From assembly GCF_009914755.1 (NCBI RefSeq), contig NC_060937.1: DNA of 64,000 nt; one strand, written 5' to 3'. Position 1 is the stretch's first letter. Each line of letters begins with the position of its first letter. The DNA comes from the human T2T-CHM13v2.0 reference genome, Homo sapiens. A model generated the notes under the pieces. The model was not told the origin of the DNA and ran no database searches. It was given only the letters and a program-made list of their open reading frames with translations. Position numbers and translations under genes: made by a program. Shown in pieces: positions 1 to 14,151 of the stretch.

Positions 1-59
1 CCACCTGCCTCGGCCTCCCAAAGTGCTGGGATTACAGGCGTGAGCCACTGCGCCTGGCC
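1..59 (-). mobile_element. Alu 5' end (truncated by window)
   Basis: cctcccaaagtgctgggattacaggcgtgagccactgcgcctggcc. Confidence 0.9.
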
Positions 60-60
60 C

Positions 61-305
61 GATTATTTCTACTTTTTGGCTATTATCCATAATACTACTA
101 AGAACACACAAGTACACATTTTTATGTGAACATATTTTCAATTCTTTTGGATATATAACTAGGAGTGGAACTGCTGGGTCATAGAACTAGGTCAAATAAC
201 TCTATATTTAACTTTCTGAAGAAACGCCAAACTGTTTTCCAAGTGCCTGCACCATTTAACACCAGCAATGTATGACGGTTCAAATCTCTCCACGTCCTTA
301 CCAAC
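61..305 (-). mobile_element. Old L1M fragment (ORF2 3' region)
   Basis: aggagtggaactgctgggtcata...caaactgttttcc...caccagcaatgtatga, typical antisense L1. Confidence 0.75.
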
Positions 306-489
306 ATAACAATAACAGACATGGTATCTTATAATATCTGTCTTTATAAGATGTCACTCCTTGGGTCTAGAGCAGGTACCTTTCTCATATCATCACAGGG
401 CACCCCACACATCTGCAGTATCCTGTCTAGGGTATCTTTGGGTCCCTGATCCCACTATACTGGAACTGTCTGATCAGCTACTTAGGTCC

Positions 490-612
490 TGACCAGACTG
501 TAAGGTCTGCAAGGTCAGGGGCTGAGTCTGTCCCATTTACAGCTCTATCCTCAGGGTCTGGCAGAGTGGCTGGTGTGTAACAATACTCAGTGAATGCATG
601 TTAAATAAATAA
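490..612 (+). mobile_element. L2 3' end
   Basis: gactgtaagg...tggcagagtggctgg...actcagtgaatgcatgttaaataaat. Confidence 0.6.
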
Positions 613-1539
613 GTTACCAAAATCAACAGATTATCCAGTCTGAGCCTTCACTTTCCCTTTACATGTTAATCCTACATTACCTGTAATAAAATAACTAGTG
701 GATTTGACAGTAAATATGTTTTCACAGATACAAAAAAGCCCAAGGCAGTTTAATCCCTTGCCTTTTAAGGATCTCTCATCTTTATAAGCTAAAGCTGACT
801 GAAAGTATACTCTACTGACAGCTGCTCTATAAATGTTTACTGAGATAAAACAGTGAGCCCAAGCTGTTTCATTCCATAGAACACCTAAGCATTTGTCAAT
901 ATGGCAAGACACTGAGGGGAACAGGAGGGTCAAAAAGACAATGAAGGATGTCAAGGACTGCTGTACACTTTCTCCTCCCCCAAAAAAACATTTTATTTTA
1001 CTTTTCTGCATCTTTTAAAAAATATTATCTCCCTTATAGCCAAGATTCTCAAAGAGTCACACACACAACACTCCCTCACTGATAGAAATCTGCCTGTCTT
1101 AGAGACCCTCCTTGCCTAGCACTCCCTTGCCTTGACTAACAAGATGGGAGATGCACTGAATTAACTGGTCTTGCAACTTGCCATTACAGTTTTCTAGTGC
1201 CAAGCAAATCTGGAATGATCAGGTCTAGACCCATGGCAGACTGGGGAAGCCAGCGTCAAAGGGTATAAAGTCACAACAGAAGGTGTAGTATCAAAGTGAG
1301 GCAGCCTCACAGGAAGGGGAGCTCACTGGGGGCCTGAGTATCCCAGTGAGGTTTCCCTGGCCCTCTCCCCACCCCCACTGCTCCCAGGCGACCTTCCTTT
1401 TCCTTCTCACCACATCACTCTCATTTTCCACCTCCATGCCTTTCTATCCCATTCCGGTACTGTTTGGTTGTCTGTAAATGTTTTCTAATTTTCCTATAAT
1501 AAACATGTATTGCTCATGTAATAAGAGAGGAAAAAGCTT

Positions 1540-1855
1540 TTTGTTTTTTGTTTTTGGTTTTGTTTTTTTTTTTGAGACACGGTCTCACTCTGCTGCCCAG
1601 ACTGAAGTACAATGGCGCCATCATAGCTCACCGCAGCCTCTAACTCCTAAGCTCAAGTGATCCTCCCACCTCAACCTCCCAATTAGCTGGAATCACAGTC
1701 ACATGCCACCATGCCTGGCTAATTTTTTTATGTTTTGTAGAGACGGGCTCTCGCTATGTTGCTTAGGCTGGTCTCGAACTCCTGAGCCCAAGTGGTCCTC
1801 CCACCTTGGTCTCTGAAAATGCTGGAATTGCAGGCATGAGCCACCATGCCCATCC
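1540..1855 (-). mobile_element. AluJ-type
   Basis: Antisense dimeric Alu with T-tail, diverged, ctcctgagcccaagtg. Confidence 0.9.
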
Positions 1856-4800
1856 CTAGTTCATTGTAAAATGTACCAAAGAAAGGTCCCCTAAGAGCAT
1901 CTGACAAGCCAACTTCTTATAAATCTAACTCAGTAGGAATTGTGCCATCTTTAAGTGATTTTAAACTTAAAAATAAATAAAACTTGTATAAAGTTTACAT
2001 TTACTTTTACAGTTCATTGCCCCCTCCCAAGCAAACTTCGAATGACCTCATGGGAAACCAACCAACCAAAAAACCCACCAATCTATTTCGTTTTTCTAAT
2101 TTGTCATGTGTTATAGATCTCTGGTCTGACAAGTTTTTAAATCACAAAACATACACTTATGACCTCCTTGATAAGCACCATAAATAAGAGGAAAACCATT
2201 TGGATGTGGCCTGCAAAGTAACCAATTTCCTTCTCATCTCCTGGCTTTTCTTAAAGACACGGAAAGAATGAGGGGCACTTGTCTGCATTCGCTCCCGCAA
2301 GCCTTCTACAACAGGATATCGCCATCCGCTGCCTGCTTTTCTGCTTTTTGTTCACTGCTCGTAACAGGAAAACTTGCTTTCCTGCTTTCTCAATACCAAA
2401 TGGGTTACTCCTGCGAGGGAAAACATCCCTTCAGAATCCACCCCAGGGCTCCACAGAAGGCAAGAGAAACAAAAGCTGCACCATTCTCTCCCCAAATATT
2501 CCATTGGCAGGCAGCCCAGGACCGCGCCAGTTCAGTGGTTTAATATCCTGTCTCTTTGGCAGAAAAGGGAGAAAGAATTATGGAGCTGCCAGCCCAGGGT
2601 CCCCGAATCTACTCTCTACTACTCTGCGGGTGTTACCATTTGCTGGGCATCCATCATGACACCATCTTTTGAAGAAAGACAAACCAGCCACTGTCAGATA
2701 AGGGACCGAATTAGGAAAAGACCCATGTGAAGGTTCACGACTCAGAATACAAGAGGTCCAGGAAAGCCAGCAACAGAAAGAATCACTCTCTATGTCAGAA
2801 TATTAGAGAAGGATTTAAGAAACAAAAGAAAAGAACCAACAGGAAGGCTTGTGCAGTAAGTCTAGACAGAGGCAAGGTAGAAAAGAACAGGGACAAACGA
2901 ACGATGAAAAGCAAGCCTGGGTCATACTGAAAGATGTCGTGCTCTATTCATGGCTAGTGAGCCAAAATGACACTGCTGGTGACAGCCCTACGGCCCTACC
3001 CAGACTGTGGGGAACCCTTCCCAGCCTAGAAGGCCTCACCGAGCAGAGAATACACACATTCCTACCAAATGCTGGGGCTAGGCCTCACCTGGGTGTGGGT
3101 ACCCAGGTGTCCAAACACCTTCCTCCACCCTGCGACTCCCACAAGTCACCGGACACCATGTCATCAGGGCTCCCTTTGCCTCGGGTGAGCATCCATATGC
3201 CTCCCAACCTGACACCCCTTGGTTTCTGGGGCCCAAACCAACCACTTCAACTGGAACATCCTCCAACTACCATCTTCACATACCTACAACAGGACCTCTC
3301 AAACCATGTGTGGTGAGGGTCCTCTTTCTCCTCCAAGCCACTGGGGACCAATACTTTTATAAAATACAAATAATCTTGACAATTACTAATAAATGAAATA
3401 AAAAACAAACCCATACAAAATATAAGCCCCAAATTTTTGCTAGATTCAACAGATTTAAAGTTACCCTGTCGATTTGTTAAAAGTTTCTAAACACGAATTC
3501 TCAACTTTTTTTTTTTTCCATTCATCTTCAAGCACAACTCATCTTGTCACAGGTCAGTTATAAACAGTTGACACACCAACCTGTCCGCAGGTTTCACGCT
3601 GAGGAGCACTCCCTCCCTTCCAACATGAAATGGAGGCTCAACACTTTCATAGCCTCACCTCCTACTATGCTTCTCTATTCTGAAGCCTTCTACTAAGACC
3701 TGTAGATCTTCTTCCATTTGAGGTAAACTCTCCTTTATCCTCCACCTTTTTCTCTCATCTTCTCTCTTCACCAGCTAGCTTTCTCCTGACCCTCACAGAT
3801 GTCCTGGTCAAAGATGTAAATCAAGACTTAGGAATGAGTCACTGGAACAGAGGCAGTAGCTCAACTCTCTGAAAGTGAAAGGAGAACAGCAAGTCCCCAT
3901 TTTCTACGGGATGGCCACAATAGGAAGCTGAAAGAGAAAATAATGAAACAGAGAGAAGGGTGCAAAGAAAGACTTATCATTATAACTGTTGTCACTATAT
4001 TGATAAATAACAGGTGGCGGTGACAGTATTTGGATATCAAAGGAAGGTGGAGTTTCAAAGAGAAGAGAGAGATCTATGGTCACATGAAGCAAAGAAATCT
4101 AAGAGGAGGAAAACTGAGAACAGTTTTCCATCTATAATTTATCAATCCATGCAGTGACTGAGCTTTTATTTGGAAATATGAAAGAAGTTCACATCTAAAA
4201 ATGAACCGGGGCCCCCATTGCACATTTATTTTCTCTCACCTGGAAAAAGTAAACGTGCAAAAAGGCATAACAAAATAAATTACCTAACTTTATATCCCCT
4301 CTCTAAATAACTATTTATGAGCTTACTATTTTTAAAGGCTTCTTTCATTTTTCCCTTCAAAGGGAAGCATGGAAAGGACATTCCTGAAAACTGATATGAA
4401 GTCAAAATGTCAGCTTTGAAGACAGTGGTGGAGAAGACAGCTGGTCGGGGGCCTCATGATTAAGCACACTGATTATGACTGAGTATTTTAAAGAGGACAA
4501 GATAAATGGTTTTTAAAGCTGTCTGTTCTACCCTAAACACTCTCTAAAAAATGAAGGCCCCCTAATAGCTCACTGCTAATCCATTCCTCTGCTGGTGGTT
4601 TATAAGGGGAGATGAGATTCTCATCTGTCTGCAATGGTTTATCTGAAATTATCTGAAAGCGAAGGACCAGATAAATTCTACACTCTTCTCAAGGCCTGTG
4701 TAACGGGCTGGATGTTCTCAGGTTTCTGCATCACCACACTCCCAGCACAGTCACGCACGGCTGAAACCTAAGGCTATAGTTAATGCCTCTTGCTTCTTGA

Positions 4801-5099
4801 CCTCACCTGGCCAGGGAGCTCCAAGCTCACTGTGTGGAGAGAGGAAGGAGGATTATTAATCAAAATTCATTGAATAAATAAATGTCCTAATCTAATCAGG
4901 TTCAAATACACATCAGCTTAGTCCCAAAATACTTCTTACACATAACTTACACATTACTTTCTGCCCTCATTACCTGCTGCCTAAATTATGGCAAAAGTCT
5001 CCTGAGTAACACCTCAACCCCCAGCTTTCTAATCCCACCCAATCCCCAGCAACTAAGCTCTGACAACACAGTCACTGTATTCCCACAGCAAAGTTCTAA

Positions 5100-5600
5100 T
5101 CTTGAGGCCTTCCAGCTCGAAAACCCACAACAAAGCATCAAGTCAACACTCCACAGCCTGACCTTGTCCGCCTTCCTCACTCCCTGGGTGACCAGAATCT
5201 GTGTACCTCTAACCCTCCATACATGACACCAGACGCAACTACTCACTGTTTCCCAAGTACACGCCATGATTTCCTTCCTCAAGGCCTGTGCTCCTACGGG
5301 TCCCTCTATCTAGAATAATTTGTATCTCTCACATTTCCTTCATTACCCTTTTTCTGATTCCCTCCACTGGAGGTAATCTCTCTCCTGAGACCTCTTTAAC
5401 GCTTTACTTATAACTCTCCAATGATACAATCTTCTCTTAGGTATACATGAAGCTCATTTTGCAATCTTCTCTCTCCTATTAGTCAGTCGGCAAGATGGGA
5501 CAGGATCTGTCTCACTCATCCTGATTCCTCAAAGCACCTAGCACAGTGCTTGGCACTCAACAAATGTGTTTGGACTCAACAAATGTGTTCACTTAATTGA
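5100..5600 (+). mobile_element. L2 fragments incl. 3' end
   Basis: gcacctagcacagtgcttggcactcaacaaatgtgtt 3' signature. Confidence 0.55.
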
Positions 5601-7986
5601 TGCATGTACGAAATTTAAAATTTATCAGTTCAGATATATGTGGGAAACAGTTTTCAAGCATCTATAAAATACATGTGCATGCTTATTTGTTTGCCAATCA
5701 AATAAATACTTGCTCATTTCTTTACCCAGGAGATTAACATGACCCACACACGTCCTGAATGGCATAAGTAAAAAAGATAAAACTAAACAAAGATCAAGGC
5801 TAACACAAGTGTACACATCTTTATCTAAGAACCAACTTTAGTACTTTAGCATGTTTCTTGGCACTCAAAAAGTGGTGTTTTTCTAGAAACAATGATCATT
5901 AGCCCCACTGCAAATCAGCAGAATGTCACCTTGTTTCCAAAAGCCCCCAAGCTAAGTATTCAGCATCTTTTACAATCACTAAAACCCAAGGAATGGTGCC
6001 ATGCAAATTTGTGTTCTATGGAGCTTAAAAAAAGACGAATTTTCTTTTCATGCCCAGTACACACAATCATTTCAGATTATTTTTAATCTAGAACTCCACA
6101 AAAACTGGTTTCATTTTCAATTCTAAGGAAAACTGGTTTCATTTTCAATTCTATATCAACTATGATAGACAAAGAACTATAATAGCATACTATGTTACTT
6201 AATATAAATTTAATATGTTAATATACTATATTATTTAACAAGCTTAACATGGCTTCTGGAGTTAATTAAGGACATCGTCAAGATCCAACTCCTTGCATAT
6301 TTTGGGGATCTTTGCACCTATGGAGCGTATTCTAAATTCCAAGAGAAATAAATCTCTTAAATGCCCTGTTTTCCCTAGTTAGCTTAAAAGGAAATTACCT
6401 GCATATAGCTACAAAATGCTAATTTTAGGAGTCCTTAGGTTGTCAATAGCTACATTACCATAAAACTAAAAAGCCTCCCATCCCATCTCTCTAGCCTGTT
6501 CCTTGGAGTCCTGACCCACAATTCTCACTGCATGTATCTCATTCATGGTAATTTCTTCTGCCACTACCCAGAATCTTTACAAGAGAAATATCCTATCACT
6601 ACTCCCATGAATAACAGCCATATTAAACATCCGGTTTCTGAATCTTGCAAAAGGAGTGTAATAGATAAGTAGGTCCCAGTATGTTTCTACTACCCAGAAG
6701 GCTGACTTCAGTCTTGACACCTTCCTACAAACTCCATCTGCACCGGTCACAACCTTCCTTCTTCCTTCCAGGAGCAAAATAGCCAAGCGGCAGAGGACCC
6801 TAAAAGAGGACCTCAACACCAAAGCTCCCTGGGTCCCATCTGTGTTCCTTTGTCCACTCCAGATTCCATGCTCCTTGAGGACAAGGATAGTGTCTTCACC
6901 AAATGTTTACCTTTCTTTAGTGTTTGTTGAGTCAATGAATCATGAGTGACAACCTGAGACCTACTCAATACTAAGGTATGAGAGCTTTAAAAACTTCTAA
7001 CAGCACTGCATTTTTCTCTGCTAACATCATCATCAAGAACTCAAAAATGACTCAAGATCTGCTAAGATCCTCAACTAAAAGAGGACACTGAATCCTCTCC
7101 AAATTCCAGGGAAAGATGCCCTGGCCTGAGAATGTGGAAAAAGATCACAAGGGAAGCCTGCAGCAGAGAAGACTGGATTCCATCTGGCCTCTGCCCCTCC
7201 TCTCCCAAAGGTCACTGCAGATGGAAGTGAGCTCCAGGTCTGCACCAGGCCAGACTCAAAACCAAATGATTTGGTCAGAAAGGAATCAACTCTGCAGCTT
7301 AAATCAACTCCAGGCTGGTCAGTGACTTCTCCATTGTGCAGGTGCCACCCATAGGCACCAGGCCAAGACCATAAAGGAGTAAGTAGTATGGGTAAAATAC
7401 CATTTTCCTGACATGAAATGCAATGCTCACTGGAATATGCTGATTCTCCCACTGAGTTGCCCAAGAGATGGAGAGGTAGGGCTGCTTCGGGGCCCATTGC
7501 CCAGGGTGGAGGATATCCAAGATGCCAAGATTCCACATTGTAAGGACAGAAGCTTTTTTTTTTTTTTTTTTAAATGTCTAACAACTGAAGCCATGGAAAA
7601 AACATCTGTAGTTCCCCCAAATTCTGGGAGCTATTCTGAAACTCTCCCCCATCAAATAGAGTTCCCTAAGCCTACAGAAAGAACCGATCCCCAGTACCCC
7701 ACATGTGGTTCTCCACAGCCCATAATCTTCAACCCCCCACCTCCTGCCCCAGCATTGATACTCTAGACCAGGATATGGAATCACCAACTGTGACTATCCT
7801 CAATTCAAGAAACCCTCATCTGCTATTGGTGATCCCTTTTCTCTCATGCCACCTCTTACACATGAAGGAAATCTCAACACCAATGTGTTTAGTAACTTCG
7901 AGGAGAAACCAACACTGTCAGGAATCTCCGCCTCTCTGAGTTTTCAGTGGAGAACTAAGAAAGTCTCTTTAAAAACCTAATACCCT

Positions 7987-8287
7987 GGCCGGGCGCAGTG
8001 GCTCATGCTTGTAATACCAGCACTTTGGGAGCCCCAGGTGGCAGATCACCTGAGGTCAGAAGTTTGAAACCAGCCTGGCCAACATGGAGATAACCCCATC
8101 TCTACTAAAAATACAGAAAATTAGCTGGGCACAGTGGTGGGCGCCTGTAATCCCAGGTACTGGGGAGGCTGAAGCAGAATCACTTGAACCCAGGAGGCGG
8201 AGCTTGCAGTGAGCCCAGATCGCGCCCTGCACTCCAGCCTGGGCGACAAAGCGAGACTCCATCTCAAAACAAACAAACAAACAAAAA
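7987..8287 (+). mobile_element. AluS-type
   Basis: Full Alu, (AAAC)n tail, imperfect TSD aaaaacctaatacc. Confidence 0.95.
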
Positions 8288-9229
8288 ACCCTAATACCTC
8301 AATCAGTTTTTCACGAACTCCACAGAAATTAGTTAAGCACATACATCCTTCAGTTTAAAAAAAAAAAATCATTTAACAGCAGTTACTTTCGATCTTTTAG
8401 GAAAAAAATAACATAGAAGATTCTTATAAGAATAGCGAAGGAAAATAAAAATGGCAAAATGAACACAGTAAAAGCCTGGGAAGGAAAAAGTTAACCTAAG
8501 AGATTAAATATCCTGTAAATTCTAGCTAGTATAATAGTTTACAGATGAACCTACTATACTATAAATATTATGGCACCTCTGCTATCACCATAGGAACTCT
8601 GCTTTCTACTTAAGAAAACAGCAATATGTTAGAGTGACAGATTAAATAAGTCCTCTAAACAATCTTAGAAATGCAACTCTTTCTATAATAATACAGTTTG
8701 AACCAAATTGTCATTTACAGCTGAATATTTATTTTAGCCAACGCAAAGCAGCCTGAAATGTAAAATGACCTAGATTAACAGAGCTTATTCTACACTAACA
8801 AATTTTAGGTTAATAGGCCTAGGGAGGTTTTTTCTCAAGCCACATCATAATTTTAACCAATGTACGTGTAAAACTGTGATATTCTGTCCCTTCAATAACA
8901 TTGACTACTAAATTAGTTCTTCCTTCATGAATAAGTTACTACTGAGACCTTTTTTAGATTAATTTTCTAAGTTTTGCTTTTTATTTCTTTCTCCCTTTCA
9001 TCCTAATACCCCTTAAACAGAAATGCAGAACTCCTTTCTTGGCTTGTAGAAACATGAGTATCAATTTCACCAACAAACTAGCTTGGGACTAATGAAATAT
9101 ACAAGCACGGAGGAGATCCATGGTGCAAATAGATGTTTCATAGTCTCCTATTATCTGATTACCAATGACACTTGACAACACACAAGTGTAAACAAAGTAA
9201 TGTAATTATTTTCTATAGTCACTGGAAAA

Positions 9230-9380
9230 TTCACTGGACCAGGAGTTGGCAAACTCGATTTTGTTCTTGTCTTTATAACTAGCTGTAGACCACAAAGGTT
9301 TATCCATGGCTGATCTCATCTTCCTCATCTGCAAAATTAGGAAGCTGGACCAGATGACCACCAAAGATGACTTTCATCTC
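9230..9380 (+). mobile_element. MIR-family fragment
   Basis: ttcctcatctgcaaaattaggaagctggaccagatgac core. Confidence 0.55.
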
Positions 9381-10229
9381 CAAAAGAATATTTCACTTTC
9401 ATGTCACGCATTTCTATAAACCTAGAGAATTAGTGGTACTTTCCAAAAAATATGTTTAATGATTCAAGTTAATCGCTTAAAAGTTTTCAAGAAACTCCAA
9501 CTTCAAAATGATATCTTAAAATGTTTTGACACTTTTAGACAATCTCTGCCATCTTGCCAGGAAAAGGGTTAAGGTTAGCCAGGTGACCTTAATTAAGCAA
9601 GTCACTTGATTTCTCTGGTCTTTAATTCCTCATCAAGAAACAGAAATAATAAAACTATCCCTGTCTATCTGACCAGATTTTCCAGAGGCCAAAGATAGAC
9701 TTTTTTTTTCTTTAAAGAACTTTATAAACAGTCAAATGCAAAGTTGCATTGTTTCACAGGGGCATCCCGCCTCTATGAGCATTTAATGCAGGGCTCTTAA
9801 CTGTTGACAATATTTTTGCTTCCAACATGCATGTGTGTGCCCTCACTTCAGGAACATATTTTACATCACAATGCCCATGTGTACAAGCACTAAGATATAC
9901 AAGTGTAATTTTCAAGCATACCGATTTGAACATCTTACATGTAGTACAAACTTTCCTTCCAATATTCAATGTATTTGCTTTTTCTTAATAGATTATTACC
10001 TATTCACTTAAACAGCTGGGAAATCCTAGAATATAGAACAAATCATATTCCTATCTTTTCATGTGTTTCCTTCCAATATTTTTCTTAAACATGTTTTCAC
10101 ACAATTGTGACCACACGCATTTCTGCTTACTGCGTTTTTTTTGCTCAACATTGTAATTTTCCTGTGTTATAAATTCTCCGCAAGCAGCACTTTAAAGGGT
10201 TATATGGTATTTCTTTAGCTTGCCCCCAT

Positions 10230-10450
10230 AAATAACCACAGCTTGCACTTAGTGAGTATTTACTGTGTGCCAGGCCCTATTCTAAGTGCTTTATATGCAA
10301 TTGCTCGCTTAAGTACAAAGATCTATGGGGTAAGTGCTATTAAAATGTCCACTCTCTGGGTGAAGAAACTGAGAAGGCAGAACTAGTAGATGAAGAGCTG
10401 GGGCTGAAGCCTCCTGAACCCAAGTTCTCATGCACTATATCCTACTGCCA
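10230..10450 (-). mobile_element. MIR
   Basis: tttactgtgtgccaggccctattctaagtgcttta...tgaagaaactgag. Confidence 0.7.
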
Positions 10451-10826
10451 TCCATGGCAAGAACTATCCCCCTAGTAACAGAAACTTGGTTATACAACTG
10501 CATTTCTATGTTTAGAACTGAGGGAATAAACATTTGATATTTAACTTATTCTTGAAACAAAAGAGAATGGCTTACTTTAGAATCTGTAAGATCATAAACT
10601 TTTTTCCGTGAACAAAATATTGCTTATTTTTTTCATAAAAAAGTAAATAGTTCTGTATATTACAGTTAACTCTTGAACAACGCAGGAGCTAGAGCTACCA
10701 ACCCCCTGCACAGTCAAAAATCCACCTATAACTTTTGACTCCCCAGAAACTGGCTAATAGCCTACAGTTGACTGGAAGCCTTACTGATAAACAACACACA
10801 ATTTGTATGTGATATATATTATACTG

Positions 10827-10985
10827 GTTTTTTTGTTTTTTGACACAGGGTCTTGCTCTTTTGCTCAGGCTGGAGTGCAGTGGTGTGAACACAGCTCACT
10901 GCAGCCTCAACCTCCCAGGCTCAAGCATCCTCCCACTTCAGCCTTCCAAGTAGCTGGAACTACAGGTGCTTGCCACCATGCCTGG

Positions 10986-11027
<42 letters not shown>

Positions 11028-11127
11028 CATGTTGCCCAGGCTGGCCTTGAACTCCTGGTCTCAATCCATCCATCTACCTTGGCCTTCCAAAGTGCTGCAA
11101 TTACAGGCGTGAGTCACTGTGCCCTGC
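10827..11127 (-). mobile_element. AluJ inside Tigger2
   Basis: Antisense Alu with expanded middle poly-T (10987-11025). Confidence 0.9.
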
Positions 11128-12411
11128 TATTACACTCTATTCTTACAATCAAGTATGCTAGAGAAAACATTATTAATCATAAGGAAGAGAAAATATACTT
11201 ACTACTTGTTAAATGGAAGTGGATCATCATAAAGGTCTTCATCGTCTTCATAGTGAGTAGGCTAAGGAAGAGGATGAGGAGGGACTGGTCTTGCTGTCTC
11301 AGGGGTAGCAGAGGCAGTAGAGGTGGAGGGTGTGGGACAGGAGGCAAGAGAAGCAGGAACACTAGGTGTAACTGTACTGAAATACATAATTTCTGGCTCG
11401 CTTTTTAGTTTTTTAATTTCTCTAAAAATGTTTCTATATAGTACCAATCCTTCCACCATTTGCTTTAGTTTCAGTGCCCGTATCTTAAAGGGATCCATGC
11501 CATAAAAGAAGTCAAAAGCACTCTTGAATAATTAGCATGCTTCTGCCAGACTGTCTGACGTCAACTTCTTTTCTGGCAGTGCCTCTTCTTCTACGTCTTC
11601 TTCCTCATCATGGGGCATTAGTTCTGAAGCACTAGTTTCCATGAGACCTCTTCTGTTAATTGCTCTGGTGTGGTGTCTATTAGCGCTTGAATTTCTCCAA
11701 GGTCTTTATCTTGAAACCCTTCACCCCAGCCCCACCTTTTTTGCTATATCCACAATCTCTTTCACGGTTTCCTTGATTGGCTCTGTCATAAATCCTGTGA
11801 AGTCATGCACAACATCTGGACACAGTTTTCTCCAGCAGAAATGTTTCAGACTTGATGGCTTTCACTGCTTTTTGTATAACAATGACGGTATCCTTCAATG
11901 ATACACTCCTTCCAGACTTTCATGATGTTCTATTTGGGTTGTCTTCCACAGCGCTACGGTCCCTTCCATAAAGTACAGTGTGCATTGAGCCTTAAAGGTC
12001 CTTATGGCCCCTGATTTAGAGGGTGAAGTAGGACATTGTGTTTGGGAACAAGTAGACCACTTCATTGTCTTTGGTGTTGAACTCATGTGTTCTGGGTGGC
12101 CAGGAGCATTGTATAATATCAAAAGAACTTTAAAAGGCACTCTCTTGTTTGCAAGGTACTTCCTGACTTCGGGGACAAAGCACTGATGAAACTGAGGGAA
12201 ACTAAAGATGGGGTTTAGCATCAGCTCACCCCAACCAGAGCATTCTTTCATGCATCCCCAGTGATCACAAAACCCCATACCACTACCTCGCTGATGCTAT
12301 CTATACCCACTAACCCTGAGGCTTTAGTCAGATAAAGAAAACACCCATTCTAAATTGTTCTTCTGTGTTCTCAGAATGTTTAACCATGCCTTTTACTTAA
12401 AGAATTCCAGG

Positions 12412-12696
12412 GGCCAGGCATGGTGGTACACATATGTAATCCTGGCACTTGGGACGCCGAGGCAGGAAGATCACTTGAACTCGAATTTGAGACTAGCCTG
12501 GGCAACATGGCAAAACTCCATCTCTACAAAAAATACAAAATTGAGCCAGGCATCATGGCACACACTTACAGTCCCAGCTACTTGCAAGGCTGAAGATGGG
12601 AGGATTGCTTGAGCCCGGGAGGTCAAGGCTTCAGTGAGCCAAAATCACACCACTGCACTCCAGCCTGGGTGACAGACCCTGTCTCAAAAAAAGAAA
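12412..12696 (+). mobile_element. AluJ inside the LTR
   Basis: 13-bp TSD aaagaattccagg (12399-12411 / 12697-12709). Confidence 0.92.
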
Positions 12697-12982
12697 AAAG
12701 AATTCCAGGAATTGGCCATAGGAGATCCAAAATATGGAACCAAGGTTGCAGAGTGTCTCACCTCAGGAAGGAATGCTGACCAACTGATTTATAGCCTTGT
12801 TGCCACCGGCCAGACCACCATGTGGCCCATCACTCAAGATAACCATCGCAACCAGATATTCTGACCCGCATACCCTACCACGTGCTTTGCCCAGCCCACC
12901 CTGCATATCCTACCCCTGATGTCAATTCCCATGCTTTGCCTAATAGAAAATCCCTACAGGCTCAGAGAGTCAGCTAAGGAAT

Positions 12983-13078
12983 TCTCTCATTCTCATTCAT
13001 TCTCTCTCTCTCTCTCTTCTCTCTCTTCTTTCTCTCCTCTCTTCTTCTTCTTTTCTCTCTCTCCTCTCTCTCTCTCTC

Positions 13079-13109
<31 letters not shown>

Positions 13110-13112
13110 TTC
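12983..13112. repeat. (CT)n/CTT-rich polypyrimidine tract
   Basis: ~110 nt almost entirely C/T. Confidence 0.9.
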
Positions 13113-14151
13113 ATGCTTCCTCCCTTATGCTCAGGCATAAGCTCCAATGAAGGCTTTTCTTTCGGCCTCGGGTCGATTTCTATTGCATTGAGGGCCCAAG
13201 AACCCATGGCTGGTAACAAAACCAATCCAGAAAAAGGGTTCTCCTTGACCAGGTCTTCTTATACAATGAACAGACTGGCAGCTGGCATTGATCTTTTCCC
13301 TTTAAGGCTTGGGGGTTGGCAGCTTTATAGAAAAGGGCAGTCCTGATCATAAACCTGATTGCATTTGCACAAAACAGTAGAGTTGGCCTAACCCTTCCTG
13401 CCTTCAATCCTGGTGTTCACTTTTCTTCCTTACTAAAAAATGTCCTTTGTGGCATTTTTTCCAGAATAGGGACTTTAATCTGTATTAAAACCCTGTTCGG
13501 GCAGATATCCTTTCTCCTCAATGACTTTCTTAACGACATCTGGGAGCTTGTATGCTGCCTCTTGGTTGACAGAACTGCTTCTCCTGTTATCTTGATATTT
13601 TTAAAGACAAAACTCTTTCTAGAATTATCAAACCATCCTTTGCTGGCATTAGATTCTCCAGCTTCAGATCCTTCACATTCCTTTTGCTTTAAGTTGTCAT
13701 ATAATGACTTCACCTTTTCTCAACTCATCGGTCTATAGGTATTCCTTTCTATAGCAATCCTGTGCCCACATAAAAGCTGCATTTTCACTACAAGATAAAA
13801 AGGTGTTTTGCAAGAAGTGCAAGGTTTTTATGCCTGCTGACGCAGCTACAGCTCAACAGCTCACAAATTTCCTTTTCTTTTTTCACAATGGTCCTTAAAC
13901 TGGATTCATTTATCTTAAAATGGCAGGCAACTGCAGCTGCAGAACACAGTCTACAAAACATATCAAGTAATTCAACTATTTCTTGTAATGTCATGACTTC
14001 TCTCTGTTTCCTAGGAGCACTTCCAGGATCTTTGTAAGGGCTGACACTTTGTAAGGGTCCAATGGTGTTATTCAATGTCTATGGTATTACACTGAACATC
14101 ATATACAAGAAGGCAAGAGATCACTTTTTACCGCAATAAGCAATTTACTAG

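Larger units (their letters stand above)
12193..13218 (+). mobile_element. Solo ERV LTR inside Tigger2 (MER54/MER73/MER74-like; family uncertain)
   Basis: TG...CA ends, 4-bp TSD AAAC (12189-12192 / 13219-13222); splits the transposase between LFLDWF and HQCFVP. Confidence 0.75.

Noticed and set aside
2268-3316. Cluster of 90-155 aa ORFs in unique intronic sequence
   Set aside because: No recognisable domain, several non-ATG starts, antisense to DOCK9, no exon structure identified.
11262-14075. TIGD-like domesticated transposase gene
   Set aside because: Broken by frameshifts, stops and an LTR insertion; it is a fossil Tigger2.
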